A DNA stretch of 64,000 nucleotides from Octopus bimaculoides (Eukaryota): the NCBI RefSeq assembly GCF_001194135.2, contig NC_068981.1:21227129-21291128 (forward strand), in the 5' to 3' direction. Shown here in pieces: positions 39,351 to 53,589 of this stretch; within the stretch, counting starts at the first letter, position 1; each line of letters starts with the position of its first letter. The notes beneath the pieces are model-generated. The model saw only the letters and a program-made list of their open reading frames with translations, did not search any database and was not told the origin of the DNA. Made by a program: the position numbers and the translations under genes.

Positions 39351-39540
39351 AGATGTGGTGCTCTAGAGGCACCATGGTGCCTGTAAAGCGCCACATCTCA
39401 AACTAGATTAATGAACTAAAATTTATATTATTAAAAACATTTTTAAATAATAATTTAGACTGATTAGAACTACCAGTGAAGTCATTCGTTTTCTTTTCTC
39501 AAATGTACCTAACTGTACCAAGGATCTCACACATTTTCCA

Positions 39541-39583
<43 letters not shown>

Positions 39584-40026
39584 NNNNNNNNNNNNNNNNN
39601 NNNNNNNNNNNNNNNNNNNNNNNNNNNNNNNNNNNNNNNNNNNNNNNNNNNNNNNNNNNNNNNNNNNNNNNNNNNNNNNNNNNNNNNNNNNNNNNNNNNN
39701 NNNNNNNNNNNNNNNNNNNNNNNNNNNNNNNNNNNNNNNNNNNNNNNNNNNNNNNNNNNNNNNNNNNNNNNNNNNNNNNNNNNNNNNNNNNNNNNNNNNN
39801 NNNNNNNNNNNNNNNNNNNNNNNNNNNNNNNNNNNNNNNNNNNNNNNNNNNNNNNNNNNNNNNNNNNNNNNNNNNNNNNNNNNNNNNNNNNNNNNNNNNN
39901 NNNNNNNNNNNNNNNNNNNNNNNNNNNNNNNNNNNNNNNNNNNNNNNNNNNNNNNNNNNNNNNNNNNNNNNNNNNNNNNNNNNNNNNNNNNNNNNNNNNN
40001 NNNNNNNNNNNNNNNNNNNNNNNNNN

Positions 40027-40122
<96 letters not shown>

Positions 40123-40866
40123 GTATGTATTTATGTATTTATACACACACACATGCACATATCTATATATGTATATATATATACATATGTAAGTGTATTG
40201 TCTCCATCCCCCAAGACCTTATCTACTCACACTTATATTAACTTTAGTAGAGTTATAAAACAACAATAGTAGCAACAACAATGCATACGACCATTTACAA
40301 AGCATTTATAGAAACAGATTAAATACTGTTACAAATAAGTGTTTTAAATGTTATTTTGATTGTTCCTCATATCTCTCTAATCCGTGATTATCATATAATC
40401 TTTGAGAATAAAGCACTTGTTGTTAATCTGTATAATCCAATAGGTTTTGTTTATAAATAAGTGTTATTTTATGGAGAGGATGTAGGTGTGTTACAGTCAA
40501 ATACTGTAAGGGATTAGTGCAACAACATCTCAAGTTAAATAACATTACAGAAGAAGCAAACTAGTTTATTAAATCAGTTTTCTGAGCAAGACTAATCTTA
40601 CTTTCTATGGTGAAATTTTATGTCACCCAACATACATAGTGAGTGTTTGTTTAAGAAAGAGATTGCAATAAACACAGATGTGGTTGTGTGGGTAAGAAAT
40701 GTGCTTCCCTACCACATGGTTCTGGGTTCAATCCCACAGTGTGGTACCTTCAACAAGTGTCTACTGTTGTAGCCCTGAGCCAATCAAAGCCTGGTGAGTG
40801 AATTTGGTTGACAGAAACTGAAGGAAGTTCATTGCATTTGTATGTATGTATGTAAGTATGAATGTA

Positions 40867-41140
40867 CAGGGTTTGGACAAAATAATGGAAACACCTAGCA
40901 TCATAGCATCATAATTTTGAAATATCTATAAAACTGTGAAAGCTTTTTTATTTTATGTTTTTTGATTTATTATTAGTGTTGGTTAATATGTTTTGCTAAA
41001 ATTGCAGTTTCTTTTCAGATATCATCAGAAAAAGGTAATTAAAATTCATTAAAATGACAGATCTATTGGACTTTCAAAGAGTTCAAATTGTTGGTGCTCG
41101 TATGGCAGGTGCTAGCGTAACAAAAACAGCCGAAATCTCA
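40867..41140 (+). mobile_element. Tc1-like transposon 5' end
   Basis: TA followed by TIR-like cagggtttggacaaaataatggaaacacc; ATG at 41054 gives MTDLLDFQRVQIVGARMAGASVTKTAEI (paired-like HTH start), truncated. Confidence 0.7.
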
Positions 41141-41869
41141 TGGTCATTCATGACCAAAGGGAGTCTTTTTGTATGTATATATGTATGTATGTATTTATGG
41201 ATGTATGTATGGATGGATGGATAGATGGATGGATGGATGTGTATCTGGTGTGTGTGTGTGCATATATGCATGCATGTATTTGTGTTACTGTTTCCTTGCT
41301 TTGGCAACATGTAATAGTTGTAAACAAATGCCACCATTGTTTAAGCAGTGTCCTTCATTCCCAGTCTTCCGTGAAAACATGTCTGGTTATGGGGAAATAT
41401 TACCTTACTGGGAAACAGATGATGGTTGGTGACAGGAAGGGCATCTGGTTGTAGAAAATCCACCTCAACAAAATTCTGTCTGACTTATGTGAGCATGGAA
41501 AAATGGATGTAAAAATGATGATGACGATGATGATAATTTGCCAGCTGGCACCAACATGATTCTACATTATATTTAAAATCGTATGTAGTTTTCATACAAT
41601 ATAGAAACAGTAAACAAAGATAATAATTTTATAAAATTCTTTGAAAAGATTATCAAAAATATATACAACATCATTGCTAGTATTTTGAAAACAGGCTCAC
41701 ACATATATGTGCACACAGTTTTATACAGAGACAATGATATATTCTCAAGTACACACACACACACAAGCACAAACAGCATTTGTGAGAAAAATCTTAGATA
41801 AAGTTAATCTAGTTAGATTAGAGTTTGTAATGCCTATGCTGTTGAAAGTAAACATATGTGAATATATTT

Positions 41870-42165
41870 TGCTTATATTTACCTCGCAAACAGAAGAATA
41901 AGGAGATTGCCCTGACATGTTTCATTGCAAACTGTAGTCTAAATTTATCTTGAATTTTCTGATAAACATTGTGCATGATAATATTAATGACATATATAAC
42001 CATGCAGTCCAGTAATGCAGAATAGCTTAGTAATTTCAGTTCAGTACTTGTTTGTGATATATTTAAATAGTGATCACTCTGAAATGTTTGTTCTCTGAAG
42101 AGTGACCAATCAACCACATATCAGAGCAATCTCCTTATATTTCTGTTTGTGAGGAGAACAACAAG
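41870..42165. repeat. Inverted pair of short repeats with a split hammerhead-like remnant
   Basis: 41870-41922 (minus) gaaacatgtcagggcaatctccttattcttctgtttgcgagg matches 42116-42156 (plus) acatatcagagcaatctccttatatttctgtttgtgagg. The plus copy is preceded by gttct-CTGAAGA-gtgaccaatca. Confidence 0.55.
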
Positions 42166-42299
42166 ATGTATGTATGTGTGTATTGATAGAAGAATGTATG
42201 TTCTTCATTTTTTAATTGATAAAAATTCTTCCTTGAAGGAGAGTGTGATTTCTAAGAAAAAAACAGAAGTTCCATCACTGGAATTTGGATGATAGCAAT

Positions 42300-43242
42300 G
42301 TTAATTGTTATATGCTGAACTTTAAGAAAGTCTTGTATATTTTTACTCTTCCATTTACAAATTGTGTTTATAAAGTGTGGGTCAGCCAGTCTCTTTTTTC
42401 GCTTGGAAATCCTAGCCTTTTCAGATTGTCACTTAGACATTTATAAACATAACCAAATGCACCAATATTTATGGGTATAAATGCAAATTTACAAACAAGG
42501 TAGAGGAGCTGCAGTTATTGAAGCTGTAGTCCATAAATATTCTCCTTCTTGCCAAATTTGGAAGAGATGTACTCCTCTGCAGAGCAGCTAACCTCTTTAA
42601 CAATATATGATTTCTATTGTCCTTAATAATTATTTTGGGTCTGTTATTTTTACATTTGGTAGACATTTTGATTGATATTCTTTGTACTGATATGTATGTA
42701 TTCTATAACAGAGATGTTTATATTTATTCTTAGGCAATCTTCTCTGTAAATGGCATTGTATATTGTTTTAGTAATAACAACATCATGTTGCAGCTGCTGG
42801 TAGCACCTTGATGACATTTTAAGCAGCTATTGATTACATGTGTTATGTCCTCCATGGACAAGTGACATAATAGATATTTACAGTTGAATCTAAGGAGTTT
42901 AAGGGATTCACTGTCCTGTTTGTTCAGGAGATGATATTTCATGGCTATCTCCTGCTCTTGTATTGCAGAAGTATAGTATTCAAGATATGACATGATGTAG
43001 TAGTTATGGGTCCAAGAGAGGTTACACTTCATATTAATATTATCATCCTCTTTAAGTTTATGGGAAACATGCGCAAAAATAACCTGTTTGTAGTATGTAG
43101 AAATTTCTCTTTCAAGTTTTTGCTGAGATATGTTAGTCCTGCAACTTCTGAATTCTTATGGAAATCATTAGGAAATGAATATTTCTTGAGCAGTTCACTA
43201 CTGACCCACAGATTGTTATTCATTTCATTTTCAGCACTTCGA

Positions 43243-43250
<8 letters not shown>
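42300..43250 (-). mobile_element. Decayed RLE-type LINE C-terminal region (third copy)
   Basis: YTSAIQEQEIAMKY...CHLSMEDITHVINSC, STKCKNNRPKII and FIPINIGAFGYV; DNA similarity to about 33740 (atgaagtgtaa.ctc.cttgga..cataac). Confidence 0.7.
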
Positions 43251-43300
<50 letters not shown>

Positions 43301-44169
43301 TTTTTGCTGCTATAGTTTAGCTGCTGCTGTTACCTTGAGGATATTCCCTAGCCTCTCGTCATCATTTTATACCTTTTCTGTACCACTCTATCCCTCACCC
43401 ATATGTAACACAGGATAGCATTGCATCTCCTCCTATGCTATATCACTTCCTACATCATCACCCTTTTTATCATTCTCATTCTCTCTTATCAGTCTTACTG
43501 ACTTTGCCTGTACCCACTTCCAGCTTATCTTTCCTTCATGCACAACTTTACTCACCCATATATAACATGGAGCAGCACTATATCTCCTCTCATTCAGTCC
43601 TCTTCGCTATCCTATCTTTCTTTAATCTCTTTCACTAACCCTCTAACACACTAAGTTACTCTTTTCCTTCTGTTACTCCTTCCCTAACACTGTCTGTACC
43701 CTCTCTCAGAGATAAATCTGTGTAACTCCTATATGAACACCCACTTATCCAGGTATATTTCTTTTATTAATGTCTCTGCACCTCATCAGCCATAAAGTCT
43801 TGAGTGAACAAACACATCATAAAGTAGTGATGACTCACTAATTAGATCGTGACAAGGCAACCTCACTAATGTTGGTGCAACTATAAAATCCAGTATGGAC
43901 ACTTTATAAAGTGATTGGCAAATGAACAGAAACAACATAGAGTCTGAGAGGGACCATGAGTGCTGGTACCATTAAAGAGAAAGAAAGAGAAAGAAAAAGA
44001 GACAGAAAAATTTGGTAAGGATAGGGATTAGCTTTGAGGAACTTTACAATTTTTGAGAATAATAGAAGGGACATTGCTAGAATCAGGGACTGTGTTGGTT
44101 TCAAGTAATTGGATGTACTTTTGCACTTTGTGATATCTGATGTGTGCTTGCATATTTGTGCATGTGTGA

Positions 44170-44234
<65 letters not shown>

Positions 44235-46150
44235 NNNNNNNNNNNNNNNNNNNNNNNNNNNNNNNNNNNNNNNNNNNNNNNNNNNNNNNNNNNNNNNNNN
44301 NNNNNNNNNNNNNNNNNNNNNNNNNNNNNNNNNNNNNNNNNNNNNNNNNNNNNNNNNNNNNNNAGAGAGAGAGAGAAAGAGGGGGAGAAAGAGGGGGAGA
44401 AAGAGAAAGGAAGAAGCCCTTGAATATAGAAGATAAACTTCTGGTGAACCGAATCCACTATTACACTGAGTCTAGTAATAGTTTTGGGAAAGCGATGAAT
44501 GCTTCTAGTCACATTGTCCACCATTTGCAGTTAACATGGCTTATTATTTTGCTTGCAAAAGTCAAGCCATTGATCCTAGGTTTGACACTAGGTATAGGAT
44601 AAATAAATAATCAGCTTCTTATGCATAGCCCCAGTGATATAGCCAGAGTATGTGCCATCCAGGACTGCCCTTGAGTTCCCTATCACACCCTTGGGCCCTC
44701 AAGCCTATACAGACTTATACAACAAACTCAGAAGTGCTGCCCCATAAAAGCATTGCTCATAGCAGACTGCCCCATTGCCCCTCACCACCTTAGTTGCACG
44801 ACTGAATACCTTACAGATTATTTGTGTGTATGTGTGAAAAAGGTTTTGTTTATATGTGTATGTATGCATATCCATACACACACATACACACATAAAGATT
44901 CTTACACATATATACACATATAGAAAAACGTTCACAAAGACAAAAGTATTCACCAATACACATTCACATACATGTACATACATTTGTTAATATGATATCA
45001 TATTAAAGAGTAATTGGAGAAGTAAGTAGCTAAAACATGTGAAAAGTGTTGACTTTATATAAAAGAACAAAATCTTTATCTCTGACCTTCTTCCTTTTCC
45101 ACTTGGCTTTCCTTAGTTCAGTGGTCATTAATGAGCCGCAACTGACCAGCCACTGCTATCAGAATATCTGCAGCAATTGCATGCACTCTACATGTAACAC
45201 CATAGCTGATGATCTGTCACAGATAAGCTGACTATATTTTCCATAGGTTCAGTTCTACTTGTGAGATGTCAATAAGTGTGTTATGTCAAATATACAACAT
45301 TCAACTTGTCAATCGTCCAAAATAAAATGCTTCCTGTTCTATTTTTATTCCCTGTTATTTCTGGTTGATTACTCCAGGATATTTCTACATAGGTCTGAAA
45401 TGAGAACATCTCTGAGAACATAAGGATTCTCAGTCGTGCATTAGTTGCTCAATTAATACTATATCTATTTCGTTAATTCAAAGCTATTTATAGATATGAT
45501 TAAAAGTAGTACCTCTAATTATATATTATGTGTGTGCATGTTTGTTTCGTCATTATCATAGTCATTGATGTCAGTGTAGCCATTGGCCTCCTCCTCTTCC
45601 TCATCATCATCACCACCACCACCACCATCATTTAGTGTCCACTTTTCAATGCTTGCTTGGGTCAGGTGTATATTGAAGCAGGTCACCAATCCTTACCTGT
45701 TTCCAAGCAAGGTAATATTTTTCCTTGGCCAGACATGCTTTTTAGAAATGGATGACATTCATTTACAACAATCACAAAATGTATATACATACATACATGT
45801 TTATTCATACATACATGTATATCTTGGCATTAGGAAGGGCATCCAGCCATAGAAACCATGTCAAATTAGATTGGAAGCTGGTGCAGCCCTCCAGTTTACC
45901 AGTTTCAATCAAACAGTCTAACCCATGTCAGCATGGAAAGCAGATGCTAAATGATGCTGATGATAATGATGATCACACACACATACATGAAAACACCTAA
46001 AAATCCATAGGTCAGAAAAATATGCACTTGTATTTTCATCAACAGAGTAGATATATCAATTGAAGTGTACAGTATTATATATCCATAACAACCAATCTTA
46101 CCAATCAGTTTTGCACTGAGGATTAAACAAGATGTGAAGTAACAACCTGA

Positions 46151-46312
46151 TTATGCAACCCTGCATTCGTCAGAGTTGGCAGATATAGAAGAAAATGTGA
46201 TGACTACTCTCTGTCATCACAAAGCAGATGTGTATTTTCACCTCCAACAGCAGAGAGCAGTCACCAGATTTCCTTCCCTATTTGCCAGCTCTGACAACAC
46301 AGGGTTACATAA
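46151..46312. mobile_element. Foldback MITE
   Basis: About 35-bp inverted ends ttatgcaaccctgcattcgtcagagttggcagatatag and ctatttgccagctctgacaacacagggttacataa; internal 9-bp hairpin tgtgatgac/gtcatcaca. Confidence 0.7.
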
Positions 46313-46424
46313 CTGGGCTACTACTTAATATCTGGTTGAACCCCCAGTACAAAACTGATTGGTAAGATCGCTTGCAATAGATATATGATACTGTACAGTG
46401 TGATTCATATACATACATACATTC

Positions 46425-46760
46425 TTCCGGTGGAAAGTTCAACATGAAATTTGATACAAGGATCAGCTGAAGCAAAGTCTAAAACTGGGACATTGAAGCT
46501 CAGGACAGGCCCACTTGGCATCATCCCATCTCCATTGTGACGTATCCTTTTGAAGCTGAATGACAGAGGAAAGAGGAAGAGAAACGACAAGAAAGAAAAT
46601 GGAGGCTACAACAATCAAAGCCTCCACCACGGATCCCTTGTGAACTTTGCAACAAACACCTCCACGCAAGAATCGGCCTCATTAGTCAACAGAGGGGAAG
46701 AAGTGGTCAAGAAGAAACCGAATAAATTATCGGACACACGATAAAACGCCACCACCACCA
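46425..46760 (+). mobile_element. RTE/BovB-like LINE 3' end
   Basis: KDQLKQSLKLG...AQDRPTW...EEEKRQERK...[20 protein letters not shown], matching the RTE C-terminal CxxC...SRIGLxSH pattern. Confidence 0.75.
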
Positions 46761-46767
46761 CTGACAT

Positions 46768-46845
<78 letters not shown>

Positions 46846-46938
46846 GTACATACATACATACATGCATTCATACATACATGCATATAAATGCTGCTATATA
46901 AATTCTATAGAAAAAGTATTCAGTACATTCTGTAAAGT

Positions 46939-47120
46939 GACAAACGGATTAAGTCGATTATATCAACCCCAGTGCGTAACTGGTACTTATTTAATCGACC
47001 CCAAAAGGATGAAAGGCAAAGTCGACCTCGGCGGAATTTGAACTCAGAACATAGCAGCAGGCGAAATACCGCTAAGTATTTCGCCCGGCGTGCTAACATT
47101 TCTGCCAGCTTGCCGCCTTA
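46939..47120 (-). mobile_element. Young family C SINE
   Basis: Near-identical to 54675-54858. Confidence 0.9.
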
Positions 47121-47918
47121 CATATCTGTTGCTCTGTGTACATCATACCTTAGCTAAACTGAGAACTTTACTGCACACTTCTGCATGCAGTGATGAATCA
47201 TAGGAAGTGCAGTGTGACAGTCTAAACATGTATTTTCTCCATTATCCAATCAATATCTCTATTCCTGTTGTTGTTGTATAGTGTTCATCCTCCCCCACTT
47301 AGCTCTGATTGAGTGAGCCTTTGATTGAAGACATGTGGTCATCCCTGTCCATTTTGAAGACAATAGAAGGGAATTTGAGGGATGGAAATTTTGGCTGCTA
47401 TCTCTCGCAGGTTTGAGCAATTGCAAAATGCTCTCTCTCATTCTGGCAGTGGTCAGCGGATATGAGCAGAATGAATTTGGACAGAGTGCAGTTTCTGTTC
47501 CTTTGTATTTATTATTGGTGCTGTCATTTTGAGAGAGCTGAAGATTTCCTCCAAATTACATAATTGATAAATATAGACTAACAAAAAAAAAACTGAAGAC
47601 TTGTTGCTATCATTAAATAAACATTTCTTGCATAACATTTAGAATATAGACAAGCATGTACTGCTGCTGCTGTTGATGATATTGTTATAGCTGCCATGGT
47701 GCTGCTTCTAATGACAATAATGATGATAATGATGATTATGGTGATGCTTATGCAGCAACAACCTGAACAACATCAACAATAGGAACAACAACTACAAGAA
47801 CAGCAATCAGAAAACAACAACATATATATAAACAGGTGCGCAGATACACATACACAGACACAGACACTCACTCTCATATACATACAACATGTACATACAC
47901 CCATACATACACACACAT

Positions 47919-47958
<40 letters not shown>

Positions 47959-48352
47959 NNNNNNNNNNNNNNNNNNNNNNNNNNNNNNNNNNNNNNNNNN
48001 NNNNNNNNNNNNNNNNNNNNNNNNNNNNNNNNNNNNNNNNNNNNNNNNNNNNNNNNNNNNNNNNNNNNNNNNNNNNNNNNNNNNNNNNNNNNNNNNNNNN
48101 NNNNNNNNNNNNNNNNNNNNNNNNNNNNNNNNNNNNNNNNNNNNNNNNNNNNNNNNNNNNNNNNNNNNNNNNNNNNNNNNNNNNNNNNNNNNNTATCCTT
48201 TAATTCAGAGGTGGCAAAGCACTTCAGTTCTGTGGGTGAATAGTAAGTCCATAAGAAAACAGGGGGGGGGTGCAGCTATGCTGTGCAAAATAAGGAATCT
48301 TGCGACTTCATAGGTGTGTATATAATCACACAAATAGAGTGGGGCAATAGAC

Positions 48353-48767
48353 AGGCGCAGGAGTAGCTGTGTGTAAGTAGCTTGCTTACCAACCACATGG
48401 TTCCAGGTTCATTCCCACTGCATGGTACCTTGGGCAAGTGTCTTCTACTATAGCCTCGGGCCGACCAAAGCCTTGTGAGTGGATTTGGTAGACGGAAACT
48501 GAAGGAAGTCCATTGTATATATGTGTATATATATATGTATGTGTGTGTATATGTTTGTGTGTCTGTGTTTGTCCCCCATCATCGCTTGACAACCGATGCT
48601 GGTGTGTTTACATCCCCGTAACTTAGCAGTTCGGCAAAAGAGACCGATAGAATAAGTACTAGGCTTACAAAGAATAAGTCCTGGGGTCGATAAGCTCAAC
48701 TAAAGGTGGTGCTCCAGCATGGCCGCAGTCAAATGACTGAAACAAGTAAAAGAGTAAAGAGTAAAAG
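48353..48767 (+). mobile_element. Full-length tRNA-headed SINE, family A
   Basis: Head aggcgcaggagtagctgtgtg...ggttccaggttcattccca with A/B-box-like motifs, internal (TA/TG)n, and tail gtaaaagagtaaagagtaaaag. Confidence 0.85.
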
Positions 48768-49074
48768 GGTATTAATTAAAATGCTCAAATGCATTAATCA
48801 ACTAGATTGGTTGGCCCAAGCCTGTAGTAGAAGATACTTGCCCAAGATGCCATGCAGTGTAACTGAACCCAAAACCATGTGGTTGGGAAGCAATCTTCTT
48901 ACCGTACATGATATATAAAATTCTGAAATAAATCATCCATTAAATTTAGATATCAAGGTATTATGCAGTTTCCGTACCATACAGTAGTGCTTTTACAGTT
49001 CAGTTATGAAAATTTGCAACATCGAATCAAAGTCTATTATTGGCAAAAAGTGGTGTGATTTGGCATTTGTAATT

Positions 49075-49310
49075 TCACACTTTGATTCTTATATGGCTAG
49101 TGATATTAGCCAAAAATTCTAAATAATGCAATATCACAACCCTTTTTGGTCCTCTAATTTCATCTACAAAAATCTTTTCTTCATCTTTCAGCTCATAAAA
49201 TGCTTCAACATGCAGCCTTTGTTTAGACACAGAATCCTGACAGTGGGGCAAGAACTTGTTATGATTCACTTCAAGGTTCTATGAAATTTCTTTGAACTCT
49301 CTGTTGTTCA
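49075..49310 (-). mobile_element. Decayed hAT (Charlie/SPIN-like) transposase fragment
   Basis: LNNREFKEIS-NLEVNHNKFLPH...FYELKDEEKIF...LEFLANITSH resembles LNHRQF...RFxELxxEIxxF...DLAFLVDITSH. Confidence 0.45.
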
Positions 49311-50499
49311 GTTCCTTTTTATTATTAATTTGATACATTTTGCTGCCGCTTTCATCACATTGTTAATTCTTAGAGACTATGTGTATAAATTTCACATCCA
49401 TTTTTTTTTTCATGCTATCCTAAGTGGGATGGTTTATTTGTTGGAGAAATTGATTTTACAGTTGAATGGATGCCTTTCCTACCACTAACCAGTGAACCAT
49501 GAAGGAGGGGGCGGAATCTGTTGTTTGATTCTGGTAGGCAATCTGGAACAAGGAGAGAGTAAAGACTGACACAGATACAAATAGAGATAAAGAGAATATG
49601 TGTGTGAGAAGGAGTAGCGGAGAGAGAGAGAGAGAGAGAGAGAAAAGAGAAGCTGTAATGAGAGACACCACTTGATAGAGAGGAAGAGAAAAAAAAAGAG
49701 ACAGACATGCTACTGTCAAAGAAAGGGAAGAAAAATGAAAGGACATTCGTTGCTACAGAGAGATAGATACACTCAGCAGATGACACATTGCATCATATGA
49801 CCAAATGTCAAGTACAGCAGACATGACCAAGTGAAGAAAACACTTTTATTTTGTTTATTTATCTATTACTTATGTCTTTTTATAAAGCCTTATTTATAAT
49901 ATTTACTGGCTCCTTAAATTATTGTAAAGAAGCTTCGTAGAAGGGATAGTGGAATGGTTAGATATTAATAGAGGCATGGTAAAATGGCAGATGCTGAATA
50001 GTGCTGGAAATCAAATTGAAGATCAGGTGTGCTGGTGTTGTTCTTGAACATTGGTCTCTCAGTGTGTACTTTGGACTAACACAACAGCTCTATAACATTC
50101 CAACGATATTCAGGGGAGACATACCACTCTTCTGACATTGTATCATATTAGTGATACACACACATACATCTCCACACACATACATAAACATACACAAGCA
50201 CACATACATCCACATAACCACGTACACACACTGCATATCTGAAGATTTTTAACTGACCAAAATAAGTTTAAGACCAATGATGACAGTTTTAGTCCTTCAT
50301 TAATTTATTTTTAACAAAACTGTATAAAATTATTTTACTTTTTACAGTTTATGTAGAATCTTTTTCTCTTTCAAATGATATAGGCAGTGTATATCTTTCT
50401 ACAATCTGAATAATTTTAATAAGCAATTAATTCAAATGATTAAAAATTGTCGGCAAAATAAGTTTAAAACCGCACCAACATTATTTTGTTTAAATTGAA

Positions 50500-50960
50500 A
50501 ATTCATGGCACAAATGATCAACAAACAAAATTAATTATTAGTATCTAGTTCCATAGCTGCTATTTTCAATTATGGTCTTTCAACGGCGGGACATGGTGTT
50601 TGACAAATGAGCACAAATATTACTTGGAATGTTCTGCCATATTTCTTCAATAAAATTATATAACGGGCAAATTTTTTGGTTTTTTAGCATGAACTTTTTT
50701 AGAAACATAATTCCATAAATTTTCTATTGGATTCAGAACTGGATTCTGAGGAGGCCACTCAATAACCACCATGTCATTGTGCTCAAAATATAGCAAAACT
50801 TTCCTAGCTTTACGAGTGGGGCAATTTTCCTGCTGGAAAATAGATCCCAGTGGCATCTGATTATTTAAATATGGTAGCAGATAGCCTACACTGTTCAATC
50901 TGCCATCAACCTTAACAATTGGACCAACACCATGAGCAGTATAAGCAGTGAATGGGTAAG
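50500..50960 (-). mobile_element. Tc1-like (DD34E) transposase C-terminal fragment
   Basis: TAHGVGPIVKVDGRLNSVGY...IFQQENCP...EWPPQNPVLNPIENLW. Confidence 0.85.
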
Positions 50961-51109
50961 GTTATGAGGTCCTTTTCATGCTGTTTCTCCAAGAGTTATT
51001 CAACCTCTCTAGTGTCAACTGTCAACGAAATTGTTGATGAATTATAGGTGGAAATGTGCTTATGGATTGGAGATAGGAGTTACCCAGGGTACAGCTTAGA
51101 GCTTGGAAG

Positions 51110-51535
51110 GTGATGGTGGTGGTGGTGGTTATGATGCTGACTACGAAAATTATGATTAGAAAGATGGTGAAATAGCGAAATGATAATGATGATGATGGGA
51201 AAGAGAAGGAGGAAGAAGAGGAGGATTGAGGTAGTGTTGACAGCGATGGCATTTATAATGATGAAGGTGAGAGAGAGAAGGAATATACAGATATTGGAGA
51301 TTTAATGATGAGGATAAACATGATGACGGGTCTTAAAACAATAATGATGATGATGTGGAAAATGATGGTGATAGTAATGTTAGTGATAATTATGGTAATG
51401 ATGATGATGATGATCATGAAGATGACGACAATTATGATGATGGTAATGGTGGTGGGACGGAGGAGTTGTTGATGATGATGATGATGACGATGACGACGAC
51501 GATGATGATGATGTTGATGGTGATGATCTTCACGA
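51110..51535. repeat. Degenerate (GAT/GGT/GAC)n low-complexity tract
   Basis: Direct observation; yields spurious poly-D/M/H/I ORFs. Confidence 0.85.
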
Positions 51536-52181
51536 TGATACATATACATGCATACAGAGATATATGCATGTATTTATCTACATGTACAAGCTGCTGCTGT
51601 GATGACTAAACACCCAGTGATGACAAGCAGACGTAGTCTAAAAGTCTGTCCAAAAGATATTGAAGACATTGAAAAAGTGTTGCTAAACTGAAATACTTAC
51701 TGTTTAGTCAACATTCAATTTTAAAATTTTGTTAATTAAGAGCCTTCATAACTATTTTTTAAGTTGTTACGAAGTAAATGTGTATGAAACTATATTTTAA
51801 TTTTACTAAATTGAAGTATCTTTAAGTTTTAGGTAACTTAGTCATCATTATTAAACCTCTTCACTTTTTCTTTTCTTTTTTTTTCCTCTTTGCTCTGTTT
51901 TTTATAGTTTTACAAAAGACATCTGGTAGAAGTTTCCTCTTCAGGTTTGCTATGTCTATCTGCACTACACTTATAAAGAGGAATATAATCTCATGTTTTG
52001 ACATCTCAACACTGTGTGATGTTGTTGTAGCTCTGCTGCTGTAGTTGCAATTATCATTGTTGTTGTTCATGTTTAGCACCAGGTCAATTCTGATTTATGC
52101 TAAAAAGTATTCCGAGTCAGCTCTGACCTTGGGATCAGAAATATTCCAGCCATGATCATTTCATGTCTATCTGTCTATCAT

Positions 52182-52222
<41 letters not shown>

Positions 52223-52896
52223 TCTTTTCAGATTGGTAGAATCATTTGAGTGTTGTATAGAATGCCTTGTAGTATTTGTTTCAGCTCTCTGTGTTCTGAG
52301 TTCAAACCCTGCTGGAGGATAGGGTATTGGGTCAGCTTTGTTTTTTATCCTTCCATGATCAATAAAAAAATACTAAAGTGCCAAGCCAACATTGTGGATT
52401 GGCAGAAATGCAATAATGTCAGACCAGATGCTTTGCAATATCTGTTCTGGTACTTCACGTTCTGAGTTCAAATCCCATCATAGTTTACTTGGGCAACAGA
52501 TTTAATATGTTGCCTGGTTTAACACCACCTTCACAGAACCTTCATTGCCTGTAGCAGAGTTTATTCTGCTGCAAGTGCTTGAGCCTCATTTTTGGTTTGA
52601 GGATAATTTCTTCCTTCCTGCTGGTCTACGTGACCTATAAAGTAAGACCTTACATCCTGACTGAAAGAAAAACAAAAATCTTAGACTACATTAGCTAATG
52701 TAGCTTTCTACTTTTTTGAGGCTGTAGGAGGGAGATTTAGCTGCTATTTCTAGCAGTCTCAGCAACTATATAAAAGTACCCTTGGAATAACTATTGTTGT
52801 TGATGACAATGATGCTGATGATGTAGTCATTCATTACTATTGTTACTAAGCTAATGTTCTTGCTGTTACGGTGACTGCCAATCATCATTATTGTCA

Positions 52897-53390
52897 TCAT
52901 CATTTAATGTCCATTTTTCCATGCTAGCATAGGTTGGATGGCTTGACAGGAACTGGCAAGGCTAGGGGCTGCACTAGGTTCCATAGTCTGTTTCGGCTTG
53001 GTTTCTACAACTGGATGCCCTTCCTAATGCCAACCACTTTACAGAGGGTACTGGGTGCTTTTTATGTGGTATCAGCACCAGTGTTTCTTAGTGTGGCACC
53101 AACATCAGTGCTTTTTTACATGGCACCAGCACAACATCAATTTTTTTTACATGGTTCCTTGGTTTTTTGGATATCAATTCTGCTGTAGTAGGCAAGTCTC
53201 CTTGAGTACAGCAATGTACCACATATTCAGTCTTCTGGAAAGCTAAGGATTTTGAGATTGACCTTCAATACTTCATCCTATGTCTTCCTGGGGTTCCTCT
53301 TCCACAACTTGAAGAGGAGCTTATCAAATGTTATAGTTCTTACTATTATCACCATACAGAACCCTGAACAATTCAATGGTCATACTTCCA
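52897..53390 (-). mobile_element. RTE-like LINE 3' end whose 3' UTR is the family B sequence
   Basis: Minus strand encodes GRGTPRKT-DEVLKVNLKIL-like remnants (53390-53250) running directly into the family B core and (GAT)n tail. Confidence 0.6.
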
Positions 53391-53589
53391 ACTAGTTAGA
53401 GATGCAGTTATCTGTATCATGAAAATAGTTATCTGTATCATGATGATTTGTGTCAGGTATCAAAGTGCTGATATCATGGTTGCTACTCAATGCTCTGTTA
53501 ACATTTTAAATGCTGTGAGACATGATATGGACAGCTGCAGTGGAGACTATGAAACCATGGCCAACAGAAAGGGATACAGCAGTCATTCC

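Noticed and set aside
51022-51609. Poly-His/Asp/Met/Ser ORFs
   Set aside because: Degenerate trinucleotide tract; no splice context or domain signal.
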